Below, in pieces: positions 19,641 through 27,585 of a stretch of 37,477 nt of DNA (positions within the stretch are counted from its first letter, which is position 1; each line of letters opens with the position of its first letter). The notes beneath the pieces are model-generated. The model was not told where the DNA came from and did no database searches. It saw nothing but the letters and a program-made list of their open reading frames with translations. Both the position numbers and the translations under genes were made by a program. Origin of the DNA: Chloroflexota bacterium (GTDB lineage Bacteria > Chloroflexota > UBA11872); NCBI GenBank assembly GCA_034421255.1, contig DAOUKN010000314.1, forward strand, positions 1 to 37,477. Reading direction: 5' to 3'.

Positions 19641-21262
19641 ATCAGTTGCGTGCCCTTGATCGCGACTGCTTCGTCATGGTCGAATAGGCCGGCATCTTCA
19701 ACGATTTCGTCTTCCTCAAGGTAAGTTCCGTACCCGGCCATTTCCTTGATGAGCTGACGACCGTTCGTCTTCGCGTCGTCCTTAGTATCCAACCCGTGGA
19801 ATGCCATCAACTGTCGGATTTTTCGGTCGACTGTTTGGTCGTTCGCCAACTCCCGAAAATGCCTTGGCCCCATTCCATTCCCGTTGGACGGATTAGCCAG
19901 TAGACGCACCAACTCCCTCTCCTGGGAATCTGAAAGGCGCTGGCGAAGCGAGTCATACTCCTCTCTCTGGGCTCTCCCCTCTCCCTCTTCAAAGTACTCT
20001 CGGTGGAATATGAAGGCATGCGGCTGCCTGAGCAGCCTCTCGAATTCTTCAGCATTGTCGCCATAGGCTCTTAGGAAAAAGGGTGGGCTTCCACTGACAA
20101 CCCCCTTGGTTGCCTGGAGCATGAGTTGGAACGAACGGAGGTAATACCGGTTCCACCTTTTGCCCACGTGTGACCGGTCCTTCAAAGTCACAGGCTGGTA
20201 CCGCATCGGGAAAGACCAAATACGGATCCCCAACTCCTCATTTAGATCGATATTGAGACGCATTCGCAGGTAGAGGTCTGTTGGAGTGTCCATGAAGTTG
20301 TACAGCATGTAATTGGACAAAGAGGTAATCTGATTGTCTGCGGCCATGCGAATCGACCGCTCGTAGACCTTTCGGACGCCGATATGGTCGAAGGCGATTC
20401 GAAGGGGGCTGATGCAGATCGTCGACATCTCGCGTAGGAACATTTCCGACTTGGCGAGGATTCGTGCGTCCACTCCCTGGTTGAAGTCCACTCGGCGCTT
20501 GACTGGCCTGTTGCTACCGCGTATCAGCTTGGCTCCCGGCGTGAAGCCCAGGTCGCGTATCTCCGCAATCACCTCTTTGTAGCGAGCCGATGCGGTGATG
20601 TTGTTGTCCATGAGCACGAGGTCCTTCTTCTCCCCGTGTCGCTTGATAACGCCTTCAACTAGATTGACAAGTGGTGGCATCTCGCGTTGGGCGCCCTCCA
20701 ACTTCGGCACTCCGCAGAATGAGCACTTCCTCACGCATCCACGCGACGCGTATCCGAAATACGCATCATGCACTGGGTAGCTGTAATTGATGTGTTCGAG
20801 GATCCCATAGTCGGGAACTAGTTCCTCGATCGGTGTACCGAACAAGTCGTCGGCTCCGAAGTCATAGTCGTCAGCCGACAACGCGAGGGAAGCTGCCGGA
20901 GGACCGTCGAGTATACCTTTGACGAAGCGTACGCCAGCCCAGCGAGATTCATTGAGGAATGCATCGAGCATGAGCGAGACTGCAATTCCGCCAACAAACA
21001 CATTTTCCGGTTGACCGCCTGCAGCCCGTATGGCGAAGTCAATTGCCGAAGCAGTGCGACTCCACTCAAAGGTGAAGAGAGTGGTCACATAGACTCGGTC
21101 CCATGCTTGATTCAGCACCTCATGGTCTTCACCCTTTATGAACTTGACGCGGTCGCCTCGGCCGGATCTTCCGTGATAGGCGGCAAGTTTCATCAAACCC
21201 AATGGCGGATATTTGTTCGGGTAGTTGGGTTCAATTAGCAGGACCTCCTTGGATGGCATCAT
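19637..21262 (-). CDS. Radical SAM enzyme with B12-binding-like N-terminal domain
   Basis: The CxxxCxxC cluster CVRKCSFC is encoded at 20714-20737, which I verified by hand translation. The N-terminal LIEPNYPNKYPPLGLMKLAAY resembles the B12-binding-domain rSAM class. ATG at 21262 is preceded by GAGGGG (the ORF track gives TTG at 21265). Confidence 0.8.
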   Translation of the reverse strand: MMPSKEVLLIEPNYPNKYPPLGLMKLAAYHGRSGRGDRVKFIKGEDHEVLNQAWDRVYVTTLFTFEWSRTASAIDFAIRAAGGQPENVFVGGIAVSLMLDAFLNESRWAGVRFVKGILDGPPAASLALSADDYDFGADDLFGTPIEELVPDYGILEHINYSYPVHDAYFGYASRGCVRKCSFCGVPKLEGAQREMPPLVNLVEGVIKRHGEKKDLVLMDNNITASARYKEVIAEIRDLGFTPGAKLIRGSNRPVKRRVDFNQGVDARILAKSEMFLREMSTICISPLRIAFDHIGVRKVYERSIRMAADNQITSLSNYMLYNFMDTPTDLYLRMRLNIDLNEELGIRIWSFPMRYQPVTLKDRSHVGKRWNRYYLRSFQLMLQATKGVVSGSPPFFLRAYGDNAEEFERLLRQPHAFIFHREYFEEGEGRAQREEYDSLRQRLSDSQERELVRLLANPSNGNGMGPRHFRELANDQTVDRKIRQLMAFHGLDTKDDAKTNGRQLIKEMAGYGTYLEEDEIVEDAGLFDHDEAVAIKGTQLI

Positions 21263-21354
21263 CAACCCCTCAAACTGACCTTTTGAGCGTCCAAAACTGT
21301 GCCGCGAAACTGGTCTAACACTCTACGCTGCCTTTCTGAGAGAGATGCTTGATA

Positions 21355-21543
21355 TCATGGATTATTTTCCTGTTTCGCTCGTGGTTTGGATTGCCCGTCA
21401 AACGCGCTCTCGTCAAGATGATCCCGAATTAACCGAGCTATCAATGTACTTTTCTTGAAGCCCCTCTCTTGGCAGTAGGCGTCGAATCGGTCAAACTCCT
21501 CAGAGTCTAGGAGAACGCTGATTTTCGCACGTCTACGGTTCAT
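21355..21543 (-). CDS. Ribbon-helix-helix (CopG/MetJ-like) DNA-binding protein
   Basis: 62 aa. The N-terminal beta-strand pattern KISVLLDSEEFDRFDAYCQERGFKKSTLIARLIRDHL is typical of RHH proteins. GGAGAAAGG RBS. First gene of the minus-strand operon. Confidence 0.7.
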   Translation of the reverse strand: MNRRRAKISVLLDSEEFDRFDAYCQERGFKKSTLIARLIRDHLDESAFDGQSKPRAKQENNP

Positions 21544-21563
21544 GCCTACACCTTTCTCCGTTG

Positions 21564-21592
21564 CTTATAGCTCACTTCTACTCATAAGTCAA
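21564..21592 (-). promoter_or_regulatory. Sigma70-type promoter for the island operon
   Basis: On the minus strand: TTGACT (21592-21587), a 17-nt spacer, then TATAAG (21569-21564). This lies about 20 nt upstream of the RHH start codon. Confidence 0.55.
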
Positions 21593-21970
21593 CACATTTG
21601 CTCATATGTGCGCATCAGCTGTCGATGACCGCTGACATCTGTGAGAGGCGCGACAGATCGGGTAAGACCGGGTCCACAGACATCGTGATGGAGGGGCTTT
21701 CCCGTGGGAGACTTCAAGTGACCGCTACACGTCTATGAGGATGGGCAGCCAACAGGCCCGGGACATGGAGTCAACGGGCAAGCGGGGTTCTTGCTGGTGG
21801 TCGGGAGGCGGGTCGCGATGGACTTCGAGGAGGCCCGTGCAGACTTTATCCTCGGTATCCGCACCCAGGTCATACTCCTTTTCCACACGAGGATAGATTG
21901 GCCTTGGCCTCCCAGGCCTGCCACAACTGCGCAGCTCTGCTTGACTGCATCGCGTCCCTGTCTCCTCCGG

Positions 21971-22342
21971 CTATGCTCTGGCCTCTATAACGACGTGGCC
22001 CCCGCTCTCGACTTCGATGTTCAAGTTGTGCCTGTCGAGCAGCAGCATACCCACCAGTGGTGTGCTGCCGGTCGCGTCGGCCTTAATATGTCTCGGCTGG
22101 CCGTCCCAGAGCACAGTCACGTCGTGGACATCGAAGCTCACAACGTCGTCGTTTGCCAGAAACGCCCAGCCCATGTGCGAAAACGACAACCCCAAGTCAG
22201 CAACCACGGCGGTCGGCAACGTCAAGGTGCCGGTGTAGCCAGTGTCGATAACGGCCTGGATGTCCCGCGTCCGTCCATCTGGGCCCTGTAAGGGAAGGGT
22301 CACCACCGCTTCATAGGCAGCATTCACGGCCCCTTCAATCAT
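21971..22342 (-). CDS. Retropepsin-like (clan AA) aspartyl protease
   Basis: 123 aa with the active-site signature VIDTGYTGTLTLP (D-T-G) and a C-terminal GMLLLD flap-like segment. Overlaps the upstream partner gene by 4 nt. Confidence 0.75.
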   Translation of the reverse strand: MIEGAVNAAYEAVVTLPLQGPDGRTRDIQAVIDTGYTGTLTLPTAVVADLGLSFSHMGWAFLANDDVVSFDVHDVTVLWDGQPRHIKADATGSTPLVGMLLLDRHNLNIEVESGGHVVIEARA

Positions 22343-22629
22343 CCCCTCCTCCGCAGGGACCCGGCTCCGAAGCTGCGAATCGCCCGGTACCCGACTCGCT
22401 CCACCAAGACATCGACGGCACCGGGGCGCTGCGCTCTCAGACGATCCACCACGCCACTCTCACTGTCGGCTATGGCCCAATCCCCGGTCTCAACATCAAT
22501 GGCGACGTAATCTCCGCGATGGCCGGCTTCGACCTGCGGCAGGATGTCTCGCTCGTATATCTCTCTGCCGAGGCTGGCCGCCTCTTCGCGGGGCCTGCGC
22601 TGTCGCGCCGGGGTATCTGCGGTGGTCAT
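22339..22629 (-). CDS. Small hypothetical protein paired with the aspartyl protease
   Basis: 96 aa, translationally coupled to the protease (ATGA overlap). Contains GDYVAIDVETGDWAIADSE. No family assigned. Confidence 0.6.
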   Translation of the reverse strand: MTTADTPARQRRPREEAASLGREIYERDILPQVEAGHRGDYVAIDVETGDWAIADSESGVVDRLRAQRPGAVDVLVERVGYRAIRSFGAGSLRRRG

Positions 22630-22756
22630 CGCTGGTCCCTTTCAGTGCGTTCCCCTCCACATATCGTATTACCGTTTCGCGGAGTCTCGCGGCAACGAAA
22701 AGCCCCCGCACACATGGCCCACGCATGGCCGCACGGGAGCCGTATGGCCTGAAACG

Positions 22757-22815
22757 CCAAAAAGCCGCATACATGGGCGTGCGGGAGAGAACACCTGGAT
22801 TAGGTGTCCTCTCCC
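22757..22815 (-). terminator. Tandem hairpins downstream of the helicase gene
   Basis: Hairpin 22783-22815 (GGGAGAGAACACCT/AGGTGTCCTCTCCC, one mismatch). Hairpin 22765-22784 (CCGCA.AC/G.GTGCGG) is followed on the minus strand by CUUUUUGG (A-run at 22759-22763 on the + strand). Confidence 0.55.
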
Positions 22816-22826
22816 GTGTTTTCGAT

Positions 22827-25202
22827 CTAGCGTCCCGCGCCGACCGGCGCCCGCTCCTGTTCCAACGCCCATTCGAACAGGGACAGCGCCGGAGCCGGAG
22901 CCTTACGGCGGCGGCGCTTCGGCTTCGCCGGCGGCTCAGCCATGAACTCCGCCCAGGAGAACAGCGACGGCTGTCCCTCGTCGGCCTCGGCCTCGTGGCC
23001 GTGGGCCCCGTTGCCGTTGACCGGGACAGGCGCGTGGCCGTTCCCGTTGGCGTGGCCGGTGTCCGGGACCAGCTCGAAGCTCGGTCCGAGCCCGATGGCT
23101 TCGTGATGGCCGTTGCCGGTCGCTCCGTTGCCGTTGACCGAGACGGCCGACGGCTCGACCTCGACCGCCTGCCAGCCATCGTCCACCAGCAACTCCTCGG
23201 CGCTGGCGGCGGCGTCCCGCGCTTGCGCAAACACCGCCTCCACCGTTTCGGCGTCGGCCTCGTGCTGCCCATTTACGATCTGGCGGGCCAGCGCCATCAT
23301 CAGGTCATCGCCGTCGTCGCCGTAGGCGGCCAGGCCATCCTCGGGCAACTCCCCCTCGACGGCCAGCGAGCTTTGCAGCTTCTTGGCCACCAGTTTCAGC
23401 GCGTCGGCCTGGAGGGTGTTCCGGTAGGCCATGAAGACGACCTTGACGGGGCGCGTCTGGCCGATGCGCCACGAGCGGCGCGAGGCCTGACGCATGGTGT
23501 AGACCGAGTAGTCGGTCTCGTACCAGCAGATGGTGGGGAAGTCCACCAGATCGAGGCCGGTCTGCACCAGCCGGGGGTGGCAGATCAGCACGTCAACGCC
23601 CTCGTTGACCTTCCGCGCCACCCACGCCTCGCGACGGTCCGGGGGCACGGCGGCGGCCTTCATCACCGCGACCCGGAACCCGTGCCGGGTGAGGATGTCA
23701 TCCATCCGTTCGGTAATGTCCCGCGTCCCGGTGTGCGTGGCGTAGACCAGCACCCGGCGGCCCGCCATGCGCTCGCCGGCCACCAGGTCCATCAGGGCCT
23801 GCTCCTTGGGGTAGAGCCGGTCCTCCGACAGCGGCGGGACCTGCACGAGGATGTCGCCGGTGCTGGGATCGAACACCGTCTCGCCGCGCGTACAGCCGTC
23901 GGGATAGGCCAGCAGCGTCTGCAGGTAGGTGGCCAGCAGCCGCTTGGAGCCCGTCGAGAGCGCGTCGGCGAGGGCGGCGCGCAGCTCCTCGAAGACGTGG
24001 ACGTACGCCGTCCGCTGGGAAAAGCCCGTGGCGTCGGGGTCGCGGTCCATCGAGGTCAGCCGCACCTGCTCGTCGTAGGGCGGCAGCCCGGAGGCTACGT
24101 CCGCGAGTCGGAGGAACACGCTGTGGCCGATGAGATGGAAGAGCGCCGCGGGCGCCAGCCCCGGTCGCTCCCGGACCACCTTGCGGTAGCGCCGGCGGCG
24201 GCTTGCGCGCCCGTCCTCCAGCGCGGTGTCGTCGGGCCGGCCGACGGTATGCTCGACGAAGCCGTAGCGTTCGATCCAGCGCGACTCCTCCGAGCGCCCA
24301 AACTCCGTCCTGATCTCCGGGCTGAACCGATAGAGCAGGTGGAAGAGCGTGGAGGCGTAGCCGCCCATCAGGGTGCCCGACAGGCTCAGAGACGTGCCGC
24401 AGGCGTCGGCGAGGATCCCGGCGGCGATGCCCTGCGCGGAGCCGCGGCCCTTGTACTCATGCACCTCGTCGCCGATGAGCAGGTCGAAGTATCCCTTCAT
24501 CCGGTGCTTCACGTAGTCGGCGAGCGGGTAGCGCTTGGGGCCGGCGGCGTCGGCCTGCCAGAGGGGCGCGGCGCAGTGCTGGCAGCGGTGCTTGCGGCGG
24601 GCCAGCGCCCGCGCCGTCAGCGGCACCCCGTCCTTGTCCACGATCTGGCCGGCGCAGGACGGGCAACAGGGGACGCGGAACGGCGCCCCGGTTTCCTCGT
24701 CCCGCACCAGCCGGCCGTTGGCGGCGGCCCAGCGCTCGACGACGGCGGGCTGCCAGCGGTAGGAGAGCTTGGCGCGTTCGCGGGACATGACGGCGAAGCA
24801 GGGACCGGCGCCGCTCCAGCGGCGCAGGCTTTCCAGGTCGGTGATGGAGGCGACGATGGCGGTCTGGGCGCCGGGCACCGTCGCCTCCACCTCGCGCTTC
24901 CACTTGCGGGTCAGGTGCGGCGGGCACAGGACCAACACCCGGTGGAAGTCCGCCGCGTGGGCGGCTGCGGCGGCGATGAAGGACTTGCCGGTCCCCATCT
25001 CGCCGACGATGGTGGTGCCGCGGTGCGCCCGCAGCGAGAGGGCCGCGCCGCGGATGGCGTCCGCCTGCGCCCCCAGGGGCGAGCGGAGCAGGCGGGGGAG
25101 GTCGTGGCCGATCTCGGACGGCCGGTACAGAGGCGGGTAGGACTCCACCACCCGCTGGGCGATGGCGTCCTTGTAGGTGTCGATGAACGCTCCGAGGTTC
25201 AT
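22827..25202 (-). CDS. SNF2/DEAD-like helicase with inserted zinc ribbon
   Basis: ATG at 25202 preceded by GGAAGGAG (the ORF track gives 25262). Walker A GEMGTGKS, motif II LIGDEVHEYKG, Zn-ribbon CPSCAG...CQHCAAP, motif VI QASRRSWRIGQTRPV. The C-terminal tail has NGNG low-complexity repeats. Confidence 0.85.
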   Translation of the reverse strand: MNLGAFIDTYKDAIAQRVVESYPPLYRPSEIGHDLPRLLRSPLGAQADAIRGAALSLRAHRGTTIVGEMGTGKSFIAAAAAHAADFHRVLVLCPPHLTRKWKREVEATVPGAQTAIVASITDLESLRRWSGAGPCFAVMSRERAKLSYRWQPAVVERWAAANGRLVRDEETGAPFRVPCCPSCAGQIVDKDGVPLTARALARRKHRCQHCAAPLWQADAAGPKRYPLADYVKHRMKGYFDLLIGDEVHEYKGRGSAQGIAAGILADACGTSLSLSGTLMGGYASTLFHLLYRFSPEIRTEFGRSEESRWIERYGFVEHTVGRPDDTALEDGRASRRRRYRKVVRERPGLAPAALFHLIGHSVFLRLADVASGLPPYDEQVRLTSMDRDPDATGFSQRTAYVHVFEELRAALADALSTGSKRLLATYLQTLLAYPDGCTRGETVFDPSTGDILVQVPPLSEDRLYPKEQALMDLVAGERMAGRRVLVYATHTGTRDITERMDDILTRHGFRVAVMKAAAVPPDRREAWVARKVNEGVDVLICHPRLVQTGLDLVDFPTICWYETDYSVYTMRQASRRSWRIGQTRPVKVVFMAYRNTLQADALKLVAKKLQSSLAVEGELPEDGLAAYGDDGDDLMMALARQIVNGQHEADAETVEAVFAQARDAAASAEELLVDDGWQAVEVEPSAVSVNGNGATGNGHHEAIGLGPSFELVPDTGHANGNGHAPVPVNGNGAHGHEAEADEGQPSLFSWAEFMAEPPAKPKRRRRKAPAPALSLFEWALEQERAPVGAGR

Positions 25203-25381
25203 GTCGAGTCTCCTTCCGTGCGATGGGGCCTGAGGACGACGCCGGGACCCGGGACGCGCCACGCCCCCGGCGGGGACGTGTCAGCGCGGCGGGTTCCCTG
25301 GACACGTCCCCAGGCGGTGGTTGAACGGGCAAGGCCCGCCGGTGGCGGGGCCTTGTGGATGCGGCGGTGCGTGGCCGCCGT

Positions 25382-25588
25382 CTACGCGGCCTTCGGCTCC
25401 TGCCGGCGGTCCGCGGTTGCGGCGCTGGCGTCGTCGGCGCAGCGGCCCGCGAGGTGGGAGACCCTCACCGGGGAGGCGACGGCCCGTCCACCGATGATGT
25501 CCACCGAGGCGGTCTGCCTGACGGGTTCGCCGGGGCGGATGGGCCGCCCGCACTGGCAGCAGGCCTGCGGCGTCATGGTCAGCTGCAT
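25382..25588 (-). CDS. Small hypothetical protein (68 aa)
   Basis: ATG preceded by AAGGAAGG. Contains CCQCG. Followed by two GC hairpins (25270-25311 and about 25333-25356). No family assigned. Confidence 0.45.
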   Translation of the reverse strand: MQLTMTPQACCQCGRPIRPGEPVRQTASVDIIGGRAVASPVRVSHLAGRCADDASAATADRRQEPKAA

Positions 25589-25637
25589 TGGTCGACCTTC
25601 CTTTCTTTAAGGGGGTTGCGGTTCCTTCCTAATGACG

Positions 25638-25677
25638 CGAGGCCCCGTCGGTTCCCGTGAGGGCCGACGGGGCCTCG
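25638..25677 (-). terminator. 14-bp perfect stem hairpin after the methyltransferase stop
   Basis: CGAGGCCCCGTCGG (25638-25651) pairs with CCGACGGGGCCTCG (25664-25677), with a 12-nt loop. It lies 25 nt downstream of the stop at 25702 on the minus strand. There is no clear U-tract. Confidence 0.45.
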
Positions 25678-25701
25678 TGACGCGACGCTGGGGGGCGCCG
25701 T

Positions 25702-26739
25702 CTAGGCGGTGATGTCGGTGATCTGGCCGTCGTCCAGGTCGAGGGCGACGACGGTGGTCGACAGCCGCTCGCGGTAGATCTCCTTGTCCGCGGTGGTCTC
25801 GACCAGGACCATCGCCTTGGAGGTCCGGCCCTTGACCAGGACGCGCCGGCCGTCGGCCTCCAGACAGAGATTGTCCAGGAAGCCCGCCGCGACCAGCATG
25901 GCCAGGTGACCCCGGCGCAGCGGCATCAGCGGACGGGTCCTGTGATCCCCGGTGGGCCAGAGCGCGTCCGTGATCTGCGGGCTGGTCCAGAGTCCCGATC
26001 GACGGGCCTCGGCCGCCGCCGCCAGCGGATCGACGCGACGGGTGGTGAAGAGGATGTCCCCAGCGGGCGTGGTCGGCGGGCTGACCACCGGATAGGGGGA
26101 GAGCCCCAGCGGTTCCGGCGCGCCCTCGGCCCACGCCCTGATGCGATCCGCGGCGTAGGCATCGGCGGTCGGCTCCGCTTTGCGGGCGCCCATCAGCACC
26201 ACCTGGTCAAAGACCGCGCGCTCGGGGTCCGGGAAGGCCCAGCACCGCAGCCGCCCGTAGTGCGAGGCCAGATAGCGGGCCGAGACCGTCAGCCGCTGGC
26301 GGGGGACGATGAAGACCAGGAGGCCCCCGTCCGCCAGGTAGCGGGTCGCGTGGACCAGGAAGCTGTGCTCCGTCCGCTTCCGTTCGGCATCGTGATCGTA
26401 CGGCGGATTGAGGTACAGCAGTCCGAAGGCTCGGTTGGCGATGGAGGTCTGGAACAGGTCGGCGGCGAGGACGCGGTCGATCCGTTCCTGCGCCTCGCTC
26501 GCCCGGTCCCGGTGCAATTCCACACCATAGGTCTCGACGGGGAGGGTCCCCCGGCGACGCAGGTTGTCAGCCAGCTGCGCCGCGGCCTCCCCGGCCCCGC
26601 AGCAGGGGTCGAGGATGCGCAGCGTCTCCCGGTTCCGGGCGTAGGCGCCGGAGGGCGCGTGCACCAGCTCCGCGAGCAGGTGGACGACTCGGGGCGGCGT
26701 GGGGTAGAAGCCCCCTTTCGCCTGGGCGGCCAGTCTCAT
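25702..26739 (-). CDS. N6-adenine (amino-) DNA methyltransferase, orphan
   Basis: ATG at 26739 with AAAGGAGA RBS (the ORF-track 26943 start is an Arg-rich extension). Motif I ILDPCCGAGE, motif IV LLYLNPPYDHD. No adjacent restriction endonuclease. Confidence 0.85.
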   Translation of the reverse strand: MRLAAQAKGGFYPTPPRVVHLLAELVHAPSGAYARNRETLRILDPCCGAGEAAAQLADNLRRRGTLPVETYGVELHRDRASEAQERIDRVLAADLFQTSIANRAFGLLYLNPPYDHDAERKRTEHSFLVHATRYLADGGLLVFIVPRQRLTVSARYLASHYGRLRCWAFPDPERAVFDQVVLMGARKAEPTADAYAADRIRAWAEGAPEPLGLSPYPVVSPPTTPAGDILFTTRRVDPLAAAAEARRSGLWTSPQITDALWPTGDHRTRPLMPLRRGHLAMLVAAGFLDNLCLEADGRRVLVKGRTSKAMVLVETTADKEIYRERLSTTVVALDLDDGQITDITA

Positions 26740-27455
26740 GCCAGGTCTCCTTTCAGGTGCGTCGGTGTCCGATCCGTTGCGGGAGGCTCCGTCCCGTCGT
26801 CCCGAGGCAGGGTCAGCCGCCCAGCGGCCACGGCCGCGGAGAGGTCGTCCCGCAGCCGCTCCCCGTCGGGGTGGCAGCGGTAGGCGACGACGCCCGCCGC
26901 CTGGAGCGGCATGACCTCGCCGGTGTCCAGGCCCCGCCGCCACAGCCAGGGCGCCCAGGCGCGGTGCAGCGGCAGCGGGCTCCGCTTGTCGAGGAAGCGG
27001 TGGTGGAGCGCCGGGGCGGCGTCCGCGCTGGGGGCCAGGAGCAGGAACGCCTCACGCTCGAAGCCGTACTCGGCCAGCTTGGTGTAGACCAGGGCGTGCC
27101 AGCCGCCGGTGACCGGGAGGCGGGCGATCCTGGTGGTCCAGGTGCCGATCGTCTCGTGAGGGATGCCGCAGCGCTGGTAACGGCCCGACAGCGCCATGCC
27201 GTCGGCGCCTTGGATCAGGTGCGCCGCCTCGGGCGGCTGCTTGAGCAGGGAGGCCCAGATGGCCTTGAGGGCGGTCTGAGAGCCGACCATGGAGAGGAAC
27301 CAGAGGCTCTCGGCGTCGGGGTCGCGGGCGAAGGCGTCGGCCGTGGCCGAGAAGCCCGCGGCGTTGATGGTGTACAGCGTTGGCCCCGGCCTCGATCCGG
27401 GGTCCTGGGGTCCGAGGGGGTGACTGTCCCCGGACAGGGCGTGCGTCGGCAGCAT
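26736..27455 (-). CDS. Hypothetical protein (239 aa)
   Basis: ATG preceded by GAAGGAGA. The stop overlaps the MTase start (ATGA). No recognisable motif. Confidence 0.6.
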   Translation of the reverse strand: MLPTHALSGDSHPLGPQDPGSRPGPTLYTINAAGFSATADAFARDPDAESLWFLSMVGSQTALKAIWASLLKQPPEAAHLIQGADGMALSGRYQRCGIPHETIGTWTTRIARLPVTGGWHALVYTKLAEYGFEREAFLLLAPSADAAPALHHRFLDKRSPLPLHRAWAPWLWRRGLDTGEVMPLQAAGVVAYRCHPDGERLRDDLSAAVAAGRLTLPRDDGTEPPATDRTPTHLKGDLA

Positions 27456-27585
27456 GAGAGGTCTCCTTCATCAGGGGGATGAGTACGGGGCGGCGGAGCG
27501 GTTCCGCCGCGTGAGGCCCCGAGGGCGGGGTTGGGTGGATGGGCGAGCGCGCGGTTGGGCTCGCGGCGTGGGTCTCGGGCCGGCG

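Larger units (their letters stand above)
10950..21600. other. AT-richer genomic island carrying a nine-gene candidate DNA-targeting system
   Basis: Composition changes abruptly: sampled 60-nt lines are 42-57% GC inside and about 70% outside. Gene spacing is tight and includes overlaps. Decayed genes lie on the left flank. No integrase or transposase was seen in the window. Confidence 0.8.

Noticed and set aside
21600-21970. Short ORFs on both strands between the island and the protease gene (21733-21924 minus, the 5' part of 21791-22291 plus, and a 53-aa GTG ORF).
   Set aside because: No RBS and no motifs, and the frames conflict with each other. I treat this as non-coding junction DNA or as decayed remnants.
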